A stretch of 63,094 bases of DNA, the filler included, from Octopus bimaculoides (lineage: Eukaryota), in NCBI RefSeq assembly GCF_001194135.2. It is 3 parts of 3 records of this genome, joined end to end, with 100 filler letters (N's around TTAATTAATTAA, not from the genome) between each part and the next. Parts side by side here need not be neighbours in the genome. Positions count along the whole stretch, not along the records: positions 27,862 to 57,228 come from NC_068987.1; 2 more parts are not named here. One strand, 5' to 3'. How positions within the stretch are numbered: the first letter of the stretch is position 1; every line of letters starts with the position of its first letter. The translations under genes were made by a program, and so were the position numbers. The notes below the pieces were generated by a model. That model searched no databases. It saw nothing but the letters and a program-made list of their open reading frames with translations, and had not been told where the DNA came from. Positions 27,762 to 39,600 of this stretch are shown one piece after another.

Positions 27762-27861
27762 NNNNNNNNNNNNNNNNNNNNNNNNNNNNNNNNNNNNNNN
27801 NNNNNTTAATTAATTAANNNNNNNNNNNNNNNNNNNNNNNNNNNNNNNNNNNNNNNNNNNN
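27762..27861. other. Artificial scaffold-join spacer (44 N + TTAATTAATTAA + 44 N)
   Basis: Exactly 100 bp; the 12-mer has stops in all six frames; identical construct at 57229-57328. Confidence 0.96.
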
Positions 27862-28100
27862 CGGGGGGCTTTCCCGGTCTTCATACTCTTAATTGCTTTA
27901 TCTACCCTGGTACTATCAACTCGGATAGCTGGTCCCTCTATTGGGTCGACATACAGCAGGCTCTCTTTCTCCCATTCGTTCTCTTTGTTAAGCAATCTAT
28001 CGTAGTGGCATCTCCAGACCTCTTTCTTTGCATCCTCATTTAATGCAAGCGTACCATCATCCATGCGAACACATTTCTCTCCTACAACATCACTATTCTC
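27862..28100 (-). mobile_element. RTE-clade LINE ORF2 fragment (linker just before the RT domain)
   Basis: DVVGEKCVRMDDGTLALNEDAKKEVWRCHYDRLLNKENEWEKE..VDKAIKSMKTGKAP, cut by the scaffold edge. Confidence 0.88.
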
Positions 28101-28134
28101 TCTCCTACACTGTCTTGCAACATATATATAGGCA

Positions 28135-28580
28135 CAGGCATAACTGTATGGTAACAAGCTTGCTTCCCAATTACATGGTTCTAGGTTCAGTCCCACTGCA
28201 TGGCACCTTGAGCAAGTGTCTTATGCTATAGCCTCGAGCCAGCCAAAGGTCTGTGAGTTGATTTGGTTGATGGAAACTGAAAGAAGTCCATTATGTGTGT
28301 GTATGTGTGTGTGTGTATGTGTGTGTGTGTATGTGTGTGTGTGTATGTGTGTGTGTGTATGTGTGTGTGTTTCTGTTTGTGTTTGTCCCCCACCACCACT
28401 TGACAATTGGTGTTGGTTTGTTTACATCCATGTAACTTAACAGTTTGACAAAAAGAGACCGATAGAATAAGTACCAGGCTTAAAAGAAAAATAAGGACTG
28501 GAGTCAATTCATTCAATTAAAAGTTCTTCAAGACAGTACCCCAGTATGGCCACAGTCTAGTGATTGAAGCAGATAAATAT
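28135..28580 (+). mobile_element. CORE-type SINE with internal (TG)n
   Basis: Head, gcaccttgagcaagtgtc core and ccccagtatggccacagtc tail match the family. Confidence 0.85.
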
Positions 28581-30923
28581 GACAAGCTACTTTCAGTTTC
28601 CATCTCCCAAATCTACTCACAAGGTTTTGATCAGCCTAGTATCAGCTATGGCAAATGGCAACCGCCCAAGGGGCCACACAACGAAATTAAACCCGAAAGC
28701 ACATGCTTTGGAACTTCTTAAGCACAGTCATGCCTACACCTACAGACTAGGGACTAAATTTCAAATCATCTACTTTTATATATTCCAGCATGTGAGTCAA
28801 ATTTTTCAGACAGAACTGCCAGCCCAAAAAAGGTAGGTCAAATTTATACAGTAAGACGACTTTGGAGGGCCAAAATAATCCCTTGTTAAATGCAGCAGGA
28901 TTTAGAAAGTTTGTGACGGTGTTTCAATGCTTACATTACATGTTTACACCGCATGATACATTGAATTGTATTTTTTTATTCTTTTACAGGTTTCAGTCAT
29001 TTGACTGTGACTATGCTGGGGCACTGCCTTAAAGGGTTTTAGTCAAAGAATTCAAACCCCAGGACTTATTCTTTGTAAGTCTAGTACTTATTCTATTGGG
29101 CTCTTATGCCAAACCACTAAATTACACACCAGCATCAATTATCAAGTGATGGCAGAGGGACAAACACACATAAATATATACATATATATATATATATATA
29201 TAGTTTTAGGGAAAATAACCAATTTTCAAGAACTTATCGATGAAAATCCACTATCACATATAGAAAAATTAATAATTAATAAATGAGTATAATATAAAGT
29301 AAAGTAAATATCATAAGATAAATATAATAAAAAGATTACACGTGTTTCATAACCAATTTTCAAATAGAAAAGAAATTTAAATCGATTAAAATCNNNNNNN
29401 NNNNNNNNNNNNNNNNNNNNNNNNNNNNNNNNNNNNNNNNNNNNNNNNNNNNNNNNNNNNNNNNNNNNNNNNNNNNNNNNNNNNNNNNNNNNNNNNNNNN
29501 NNNNNNNNNNNNNNNNNNNNNNNNNNNNNNNNNNNNNNNNNNNNNNNNNNNNNNNNNNNNNNNNNNNNNNNNNNNNNNNNNNNNNNNNNNNNNNNNNNNN
29601 NNNNNNNNNNNNNNNNNNNNNNNNNNNNNNNNNNNNNNNNNNNNNNNNNNNNNNNNNNNNNNNNNNNNNNNNNNNNNNNNNNNNNNNNNNNNNNNNNNNN
29701 TATATATATATATATATATATATATGACAGGCTTCTTTCAGTTTCTCTCTACCAAATTTACTCTCAAGGTTTTGGTCAGCCCGAGGCTATAGTTGAAGAC
29801 TGGACAAGGTGCTATGCTGTGGGACTGAACCCAGAATCATGTGGTTAGGAAGCAAGCATCTTACCATAGAGCCACTGGAAAATACAGTAATATATACTCA
29901 TGCTTTCTAAGTCAGGGTATGTGCTGGGATTTGACATTTTTATTCAAAGAAGAATACAAATTACTCATAAAGTATGAAGCTTTTTCACAACAGTTTTTGA
30001 AACTAACAAAGAAATCTAACAGATAATAAATGATAAGACTATATCTGAATACCCAGAGATGTCTAGATTCAGTCATGATGCCATTACTACATCATATTAA
30101 TAACAAAACAACAATATCTATCAAAGCTATTAAGACAAAAAAAAATCATCTTAATTACAAAACATGATTCTGGCATTAATACTTTCCTTAGATTATTAAG
30201 GAGAATTTCCTGAAAGCAAATTTTCTTTGAGGATATTAAAGATAATTATTACAACCTCCATCAAGCAAGTGCTTTTACACAGAGTCATCAGCAATAACAA
30301 TGCAATATGGTTGATTTAAATCATTTGCTTTAGTTTCTTCATACAGATATATATATATAAGAAAAATAGAAGCCTGACTGTTATTCAGATTCTAAAAACA
30401 GACATATCTCTAACAATTGTACGTATTATGATAGATTTATTATGTGATTAATTCTAACCTTTTACATGAATATAACAAAGGTAGATAACATCAAATCAGG
30501 TTTGAACATATTTACTAGAGATGTTTAAAGCTTTCTATAGGTTTCTGGATACCAACAACAGCATCATCCAAATCATATGGTCTACAAGTAACAGAGATAA
30601 TAACTCCCAGCATTTGCAAGGGACTGGGCAAGTTACATTGGTGAACACTATAGACCTATTGATATTCTGAGAATATGTATATATATATATATNNNNNNNN
30701 NNNNNNNNNNNNNNNNNNNNNNNNNNNNNNNNNNNNNNNNNNNNNNNNNNNNNNNNNNNNNNNNNNNNNNNNNNNNNNNNNNNNNNNNNNNNNNNNNNNN
30801 NNNNNNNNNNNNNNNNNNNNNNNNNNNNNNNNNNNNNNNNNNNNNNNNNNNNNNNNNNNNNNNNNNNNNNNNNNNNNNNNNNNNNNNNNNNNNNNNNNNN
30901 NNNNNNNNNNNNNNNNNNNNNNN

Positions 30924-31200
30924 ATCGAGATCGTTGCCGGTGCCCCTGGACTGGCTCTTGTGCGGGTGGCACATAAAAGACACCATTTCGAGCGTGGCCG
31001 TTTTCGTGCGGGTGACACGTAAAAGCACCCACTACACTCTCTGAGTGGTTGGCGTTAGGAAGGGCATCCAGCTGTAGAAACTCTGCCAAATTAGATTGGA
31101 GCCTGGTGTTGCCATCCGGTTTCACCAGTCCTCAGTCAAATCGTCCAACCCATGCTAGCATGGAAGGCGGACGTTAAACGATGATGATGATGATGATGAT
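30924..31200 (+). mobile_element. 5'-truncated RTE LINE 3' end, young copy, (ATG)n tail
   Basis: ggcgttaggaagggcatccagc..catgctagcatggaaggcggacgttaaacgatgatg; nearly identical to 62870-63094 (inverted). Confidence 0.88.
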
Positions 31201-31491
31201 ATACATATATAGGGAGAGAGAAAGAGAGAGTTTTTGAAGTGATGCACAGATATTGTATATTTAGAATAAGGTTTACTTACATTTTATTTACGCTTTTAGC
31301 GCTTTCTTCTATTATTGGAAGAAGACGCTAAAAATGTAAATAGATAAAAAATATATATATAATCATCCAACATTCTGACTATCATTTTAATTAATACTAT
31401 TAAATTAATAGTATTTAGAATTTTGCTACTTTTAGTTTAATCTGTCACTGAATGCAGTGTTTTTGTTGATCTTAATTAATAACAGATTAGT

Positions 31492-31544
<53 letters not shown>

Positions 31545-31855
31545 NNNNNNNNNNNNNNNNNNNNNNNNNNNNNNNNNNNNNNNNNNNNNNNNNNNNNNNN
31601 NNNNNNNNNNNNNNNNNNNNNNNNNNNNNNNNNNNNNNNNNNNNNNNNNNNNNNNNNNNNNNNNNNNNNNNNNNNNNNNNNNNNNNNNNNNNNNNNNNNN
31701 NNNNNNNNNNNNNNNNNNNNNNNNNNNNNNNNNNNNNNNNNNNNNNNNNNNNNNNNNNNNNNNNNNNNNNNNNNNNNNTAGGATGGTCATTTTTGTTTTT
31801 GCCAAATAAAAACACACACTATATACTCATTTTTCAGTTCAACTTTGTCATTGGT

Positions 31856-32035
31856 CTTATTTCAGTGTCTTTTGTCTTAAATCTTTTGTCACAATCACCG
31901 TGTGACCTCTTCAATAACTCTACATCTGAAATCCATGGACTAAACAGAACAGGAGGGGACATGTGGGATGGAGAGTTGCTGAAGAGGTCACAAGATACGC
32001 GACAAAAGATTTCAGACAAAGGACACTAAAATAAG
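31856..32035. repeat. Imperfect inverted repeat (hairpin or MITE-like), about 70-bp arms
   Basis: cttatttcagtgtcttttgtcttaaatcttttgtc..gtgacctcttcaataactc pairs with gagttgctgaagaggtcac..gacaaaagatttcagacaaaggacactaaaataag. Confidence 0.88.
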
Positions 32036-32408
32036 AACAATAATAAAGCTGAAGTGAAGAAAAACTATATAGACCATGCGTTCATTTGGCAAAAAAAATA
32101 ATAATTTTTAAATTGCCATCCTGAAATACAACAATATTTGTTTCAACACACACTTTCACATCAGGAATCTTGCAAATCAAATACATAAATGTATATATAT
32201 ATATATATATATATGTCACATATCCAGTTGTAAAAATCCTGCCAAAACAGTCACAGAATTCTGGATCCTATCAAACCGTCTCACCCATGCCAGCATGGAA
32301 GGCAGACATTAAATGATGATTATTATGATATCCATACATATATATATATATACATACATACATATATACATATGTATATACATACATGTATGTACATTGT
32401 GTGTATAT

Positions 32409-32444
<36 letters not shown>

Positions 32445-32758
32445 CATCATCATCGTTTAACGTCCGCTTTCCATACTACCATGGGTTGGACGATTTGACA
32501 GAGGACTGGCAAGCCAGAAGGCTGCACGAGGCTCCAATGTGATCTAGCAAAGTTTCAACAGCTGGATGCCCTTCCTAACGCCAACCACTCTGAGAGTGTA
32601 GTGGGTGCTTTTACGTGCCACCAGCACGAGGGCCAGTCCAGTGGCACTGGCAATGACCTCGCTTAAATGTCTTTTCACGTGCCACCGGCACAAGTACCGG
32701 GAAGGCAACGCTGGTAACGATCACGCTCAAATGGTGCTATTTACGTGCCACTGGCACA

Positions 32759-32760
<2 letters not shown>
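32445..32760 (-). mobile_element. RTE LINE 3' end
   Basis: Reverse complement of the ggaagggcatcc tail and of the tandem gtgcc..ggcac units. Confidence 0.85.
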
Positions 32761-32801
<41 letters not shown>

Positions 32802-33291
32802 TATACATATAGCAATGCTGGTACTCATGGCACCCTTGGTCTCTTTTTAGTGACGGTGAATTATGATATATACACACACACACACACACACACATACATG
32901 ACATACAAGCAAATCTTATCAGGTCAGAATAATCATATAAAATAATCTTGTAAATAACTCTGTTCAATTTCATACCATAGTATCTTATCTCTTTAACTTG
33001 TTTCGGTCATTGGGCAGTGACCATTCAGGAGCACTGCCTCAAAGGGATTAATCAAACAAATTTACCCCAGTAGTTATTTATTCAACCCGGGTACTTATTC
33101 TATCAGTCTCTTTTACCAAACCACTAACTTACAGGAACATAAACAAACCAGTACCAGTTGTCAAGCAATGGTGGGCAACAAACAGAACACGAAACAAAGG
33201 CACACAACATGTGTACATATATATATAAAAATATATATATATATATATATATGTACATATATATGTATATGTGTATATATACACACACATC

Positions 33292-33332
<41 letters not shown>

Positions 33333-36169
33333 TATATATACACATATATATATGTTAATATATATATATATATATATNNNNNNNNNNNNNNNNNNNNNNN
33401 NNNNNNNNNNNNNNNNNNNNNNNNNNNNNNNNNNNNNNNNNNNNNNNNNNNNNNNNNNNNNNNNNNNNNNNNNNNNNNNNNNNNNNNNNNNNNNNNNNNN
33501 NNNNNNNNNNNNNNNNNNNNNNNNNNNNNNNNNNNNNNNNNNNNNNNNNNNNNNNNNNNNNNNNNNNNNNNNNNNNNNNNNNNNNNNNNNNNNNNNNNNN
33601 NNNNNNNNNNNNNNNNNNNNNNNNNNNNNNNNNNNNNNNNNNNNNNNNNNNNNNNNNNNNNNNNNNNNNNNNNNNNNNNNNNNNNNNNNNNNNNNNNNNN
33701 NNNNNNNNNNNNNNNNNNNNNNNNNNNNNNNNNNNNNNNNNNNNNNNNNNNNNNNNNNNNNNNNNNNNNNNNNNNNNNNNNNNNNNNNNNNNNNNNNNNN
33801 NNNNNNNNNNNNNNNNNNNNNNNNNNNNNNNNNNNNNNNNNNNNNNNNNNNNNNNNNNNNNNNNNNNNNNNNNNNNNNNNNNNNNNNNNNNNNNNNNNNA
33901 TCAGACCCCAAAACCTATTGGCCTAAGACCTCTTCAAAATATATATGGGTAATCCCATAAACCAGCCTTCCCCATTAAAATATACACTGGTCTACATCTT
34001 AGAGTATGCTTCATCTACAGATTTATGTTTTCTACAATCAATATATATATATATATATATATATATGATAGGCTTCGGGCTTCTTTCAGTTTCCATCTGA
34101 CAAATACACTAACAAGGCTTTGGTCAATCGGTGCTACAGTAGAAGACACTTGCCCAAAGTGCTGCACAGTGGGACTGAACCCAAGACCACATGGTTGGGA
34201 AGCAAGTTTTTCACCCACAGGATCATGTCTGCACCTAAACATCTTTTTTTTAATCCTTGTAGTCAAATTACATATTAACATTGTCAAATATCAAATACAG
34301 TTTGTTAATAAGAGTTTAAGTCTTCATCACAGACAAAAATAAATTCTAAACTTCATCACAAAATTCTTTCTCTTTTCCTTAATTTTTTTTATTGCTATTT
34401 CACATTATTTCTTATCAACCATGTTTGTTTAAACTTCGCAGTTGTTGACTTGCATGGTGTACTTAAATGCCCCTCATGTTATGCTAAGCAGGTAAGAAAG
34501 AACTGTTTCAACAAGTTAACATATCTATGTTATAATACAAGAAGCTACAAGGAGAAATAATTTGCTTATTAATTACAGACCAAACTCTTGTGTACAAGGA
34601 ATTACATTGTGAGACAGAGCACTAAAACAAACAAAAGTCCTTAATAGCTTTAGAGTGATTGCTATTCATTTTTGCTTGATTACAAATGTAGTAAGTAACC
34701 ATGTGCTGGTGTTAAAGTTATCAATACATGCAATGTACACATAACACAATAGATTATCAATACAATAAAAGCTTGTTTCGAAGTATGATTACTGTACAGA
34801 AACTCTACCACAACTAAGGATCAACTCTAAATGTTTGAATGGACGTACATGCCAGACTATCTGTTCCTTGTGGTGTCCTTTGATAAGAAGTTAATAAAAC
34901 CTTAAACAAATATAAACAGGCCATTCATCTGTTTGCTTTGAACAAATACTCTCAACACAGCATTATTACTATTTTCTTATAAGTTAATTACATCTCCAAT
35001 ATTTATTTATTGTGAACAGACCAATTTTGATAGGGCAAAACACAGGCAAGATTATGGCTCAAAATGTATGGTTAAAAAAAGTTTGCTTCCTAACTATGTG
35101 GTTTTTGGTTCAGTCCTATTACATGTCACATTGTACATCTACTACTACAACCTAAGGATAACCAAAGTTGTGTGGGTGGATCTGGCTGATAGAAACTGAT
35201 CTGAAAGAAGCTTGTTGTGTGTGTTTGTCTTCTTATTTTGGCATTGTAACATAGCTATAAATAAGTGTCACCAACAGACAAGGAGTATCATTCATTTCTA
35301 TTCTTCTGTGGAAACATGTCTGGACATGGGGCAATGTTAGCTTGCTTGGAATCAGGGTTGGTAACAGGAAGGACATCCAGCTGTAGAAAATCTGCCTCAA
35401 TTAATTCTATCCAACTTAATGCAAGCATGGAAAAATAGGTACTAAAATAATGATGACAACAACGACAAAAACAATAACAATAGTTCAATATGGTACTGTT
35501 TCCAATTTTTCCAATCCATCTCTCGTTTTATGAATCCAATATTCCAACATTATAAAGACTTTTAGTCTCAACTGTCTGTAGACAGATATTATTGTCTGCA
35601 GCATAAGATGACATTAGAAATAACATTCTCTACCAATCAGATGCTCAATCCTGAGCCATTTTCTACTTCAATTAAGTATTTTCTAAATAGAGACATAAGA
35701 ACATCGTACAGTCTTGAATAATACATTTATAAAGAAAAATATCATAAAACAAATAAAACCATTACATAAATAAAGTTGCATATCATCAAGCAAACATTAA
35801 CATTTATCCTGCAAAATATATAAAGTATTCATTTGATGTCATAACATTGACGAACACAACACAAATTATTTATAAAAATTAATTGGAATTAAGCATCGGG
35901 AAGATTTTATAATTGTAATAACTATGGGTTGAAATTGTGGATTAATTGGGGTTCACTACTAAAAGGGTGCAACTACTTAGGGCAAGTGCAGTGTCTAAGT
36001 GGTAAAAAGTGGTAAATATTCAAGGCATGAACATCAGGGTATTGAGGTAGCTATAGCAGATGCTTAGAGATGTAAATAAGCAGGATATAAGTGATGGGAA
36101 ATGAGAATTCTTAAAAGAAAAGAAAACAACAACAGTAAGTCACTTATTTCATATTGTTATTATTATAAC

Positions 36170-36370
36170 AGAATATTTCATACTCTGGGCAAAATGCTTA
36201 GTGGCATTTCATCCGTCACTACATTCTGAGTTCAAATTTTGCCGAGGTCGATTTTGCCTTTCATTCTTTCAGGGTCATAAAATAAGTACCAGTTGGGCAC
36301 TGGAGTCGATGTAATTGACTTACTCCTTCCCACAAAGTTCCTGGCCTTGTGCCAAAATGTGAAACCATTA
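36170..36370 (+). mobile_element. MetaSINE, partly decayed
   Basis: ttgcctttcattctttcagggtcataaaataagtaccag domain. Confidence 0.8.
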
Positions 36371-36449
36371 TTTATAACAAAACATTACATTGGAGAAAAA
36401 GAGAGGGAATTCTAAAGATTTAGAAATATAACAAAATACAAAAATTAGG

Positions 36450-36904
36450 CCCTTTTACTGCAGATTTGTCTACTTAAAATTTTGTCACCCTTAACTGCAG
36501 TAAGCTGTTTTATATACCAATCTAGCTTTCATTGAGGAATGTCATGCTTGAAACTACTTCCTGTTGAGATAAATCAAGTTTATTGAAGCAACAGGACTTG
36601 CAGAAACTACCAAAACTATCTTTTTGGCAGATATTTAACTCTTTAGCATTCACATTTCTTTGTCAAATGTATTACTTATTCACATTGCTTTGAATTAATT
36701 ATGCATTATCTTGTAGCTTCACGATTTCAATGGTGTGTTTGTATAACTTTAGAATAACATTGTAAGGTAGATGTGGAAGGTTGGATGTGGTCAGTTTTGA
36801 CATAAAACAGGTAAAATATTTGGGCCTGATATGGCCGGATTAAATGCTAAAGGGTTAACATCATTACTGGAATAACCATGGAATTTAATTTTGCAGTGAA
36901 AGGG
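36450..36904. mobile_element. piggyBac-like MITE interrupted by a second piggyBac-like MITE (36639-36854, TTAA TSD)
   Basis: The inner element CTCTTTAGCATT..AATGCTAAAGGG is flanked by TTAA at 36635-36638 and 36855-36858; the outer element matches the uninterrupted copy at 21483-21700. Confidence 0.82.
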
Positions 36905-37104
36905 TAAATGAAAAATATTAGTTTCCTGGTTGAAATATCAAAATTCTATTATATTGACTTACGATGGTTAACACTTTATTTTTTTTAACACCCATCTAGA
37001 TGCTCTGAGAAAAAACAGTAGAGAATACATCTAAACATTTCAACAAAGATCCCAATAAACATATCATAAGTACAATAACAAGTATGAAAATAAATAAAAT
37101 GCTA

Positions 37105-37480
37105 CTCCTGTGTGGTTAGGAGTTTCTTTCCTAAACACATGGCTTCAGGTCCAATCCTACAGCATGGCACCTTGGGCAAGTGTCTTCTACTATAGCCTCA
37201 GGCCAACAAAGCCTTGTGTGCGGATTTGATAGATGGAAACTGAAAGAAGTTTATCATGTGTGTGTGTGTGTGTGTGTGTTTGTCCCCCAGCAATGCTTAA
37301 CAACTGGTGCTGGTATACTTATGTCCCCATAGCTTGGTGGTTCGGTAAAAGAGACTGATAGAATAAATACCAAGCTTTAAAAAAATAAGTACTGGCATTG
37401 ATACATTCAATTAAAATTCTTTAAGGAGGTGCCCTAACATGGCTGCAGCCTAATGACTGGAACAAGTGGGAAAAAAAGCT
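37105..37480 (+). mobile_element. CORE-type SINE
   Basis: ggcaccttgggcaagtgtcttctactatagcc core, internal (TG)n and 3' tail. Confidence 0.85.
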
Positions 37481-37739
37481 ATATATAAAATCATCATTGT
37501 TTAACATGTTTCCCATGCTGGCATGGGTTGGATAATTTGACAGGAATTGGCAAACCAAATGTCTGCATTGGCAGAGTTCCTACAACAAATCACTTTACAG
37601 AGTGTACTTCTTACATGACACTCATGAGGTTACCGAGTACAAATAAGACAAGACTCCTCAACTGAATGGAGTATTGTATTGAAGGAAGGACAGGAATAGA
37701 GTACCTTGCTGAAGAGGAGATAAATAGCTTCCACTGAGA

Positions 37740-38500
37740 GGGGGGGGTTATTGGGGGACGGGCATCAGGGGAGTGTGAGGGAGGAGAGGTGGTGTGGTAG
37801 TAAGTGGGAGGGGATATGGGGAGGGGGATATGGGAGGGGATAGGNNNNNNNNNNNNNNNNNNNNNNNNNNNNNNNNNNNNNNNNNNNNNNNNNNNNNNNN
37901 NNNNNNNNNNNNNNNNNNNNNNNNNNNNNNNNNNNNNNNNNNNNNNNNNNNNNNNNNNNNNNNNNNNNNNNNNNNNNNNNNNNNNNNNNNNNNNNNNNNN
38001 NNNNNNNNNNNNNNNNNNNNNNNNNNNNNNNNNNNNNNNNNNNNNNNNNNNNNNNNNNNGGGGAGGGGAGATGGGGAGGGGAGATGGGGAGGGGAGATGG
38101 AGATGGGGAGGGGAGATGGAGAGAGGAGGCGGTGGTGAGTGCAGTGTGAATGGTGGGACAGGAGGTGAAAGGGAAAGGGATGAGGGGTGACAAGGTGAGG
38201 GGTGACAACAGGGTGAGTGGTGAGAGGGGAGTGATACAGATGAGAGGGAGACAGATGAGAGAGAGGAGGAGGAGGCGAGAGAGGAAGTGCAGATGAGGGA
38301 AGGCAGAGGAGGAGAAAGAGGCAGAAGAGGAGAAAGAGGCCGAAGAGGAGAAAGAAGCAGAAGTGGTGGGGATAAAAGGTGATAAGGAAGAATAATAGGG
38401 ATACAATGTGAAATGTAGGGATGGAATAAATGGTAGGAATAAGTGAGTAGGAATGCAATTAGGAGATTGATGGAGAGATGGGTGTTAGAAGATGAGTGGT
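37740..38500. repeat. Purine-rich low-complexity tract containing a gap
   Basis: GGA/GAG-rich runs and an 18-bp gaggagaaagaggcagaa repeat; adjoins the RTE 3' end. Confidence 0.85.
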
Positions 38501-38539
38501 AGAGGGAAGGATTGACAGGTCCTCATTTTTGTTGAGAGG

Positions 38540-39600
38540 GACGGGTTTCCTCAAGCAGAGTATATTGCCATTCATCTTAGTCCTTTGTCATCTCCTCTCT
38601 GCGAGGCTCAATGTTTTGAGGTTGGTCTACACTACTTCATCTCACATCTTCGCAGGTCTCCCTCTTCCAGAGGTTCCAGAAGTTTAGAGATCAGCACTTC
38701 ATATGGTTGTCCTCATCCATCTACATCACATGACCATATCAACATAGCCTTCTTTTCTCTTGTACACCACATTTAATGATTCTTATACTCAATTCTTCTC
38801 TCGGTACATTTGTACTTTGTCATACATGCACACTAACTTTGCACATCCAGTGGAGCATGCGATCTTCATTTCTCTTTAGTCTTCACACATTCTCTGCATT
38901 CATGGTCCAAGTTTCACAGCAATATACCATTACTGCCCATATACAAGCATCATACATTTTACCTTTCACTTTGAGAGATAGGCATTTTATTACAGAGGTA
39001 ATAGCTCTCTGAGCTTTGTCTAGCCAGTTCTTATTCTAGTATCTATTCTTTCAGAACATCTGCTTCCATAGTTAATTAGGTCTCCTAGATAAAAGAAACA
39101 ATAAAGTACCTCTAAAAATCCTTCTGGACATTACAGAAAATTTATTTCCTGTCTGCTCTTAGTGCTTATTGCATTTATGCATCTGCCACAAAGTTTACTT
39201 TCTCTGCTAACCTTCCTGAGATTCCATTGCACCTCTTGTATACATAGTTTTCACCCAGTACACTGTATAAAATGTCTATTTACATTTTCTCTACATATCA
39301 AATTCACCTGAAGGGATTAGTGTCCAGTCTGGTTTCTTACTTACAAGAACTTTAGTCTTTGCTCAATTTGATTTTAAAGCTTTTGCATTCAGGTTTTGCT
39401 TCCACACCTGAAATTTCATTTCTAATTCTCCTACAGTTTCAGCTATAAGGTATAAAGACAAGGTCTTCAGCATAGAGGAGTTCACATGGGCAACCTGTCT
39501 TAAATTCTTCTGTTAAGGCCAGGAGAACTATGAAAAATCAGAGGAGATTGATAACCAAACCCTGGTGAACTCATACTTGACCACTAAATTCTTTGCTGTA
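38540..39600 (-). mobile_element. RTE LINE remnant (RT C-terminal half to 3' end)
   Basis: ALTEEFKTGCPCELLYAEDLVFI (decayed YADD motif); the 3' part is homologous to 52020-52170. Confidence 0.88.

Noticed and set aside
29335-29393. Minus-strand gaaacacgtgta, a hammerhead stem III/GUA-like fragment
   Set aside because: No CUGANGA box is visible before the N gap, so it cannot be evaluated.
34442-34491. Plus-strand 50-nt candidate exon (cag..CAG|gtaaga; VDLHGVLKCPSCYAKQ)
   Set aside because: No partner exons or recognisable homology; such sites arise by chance in AT-rich introns.
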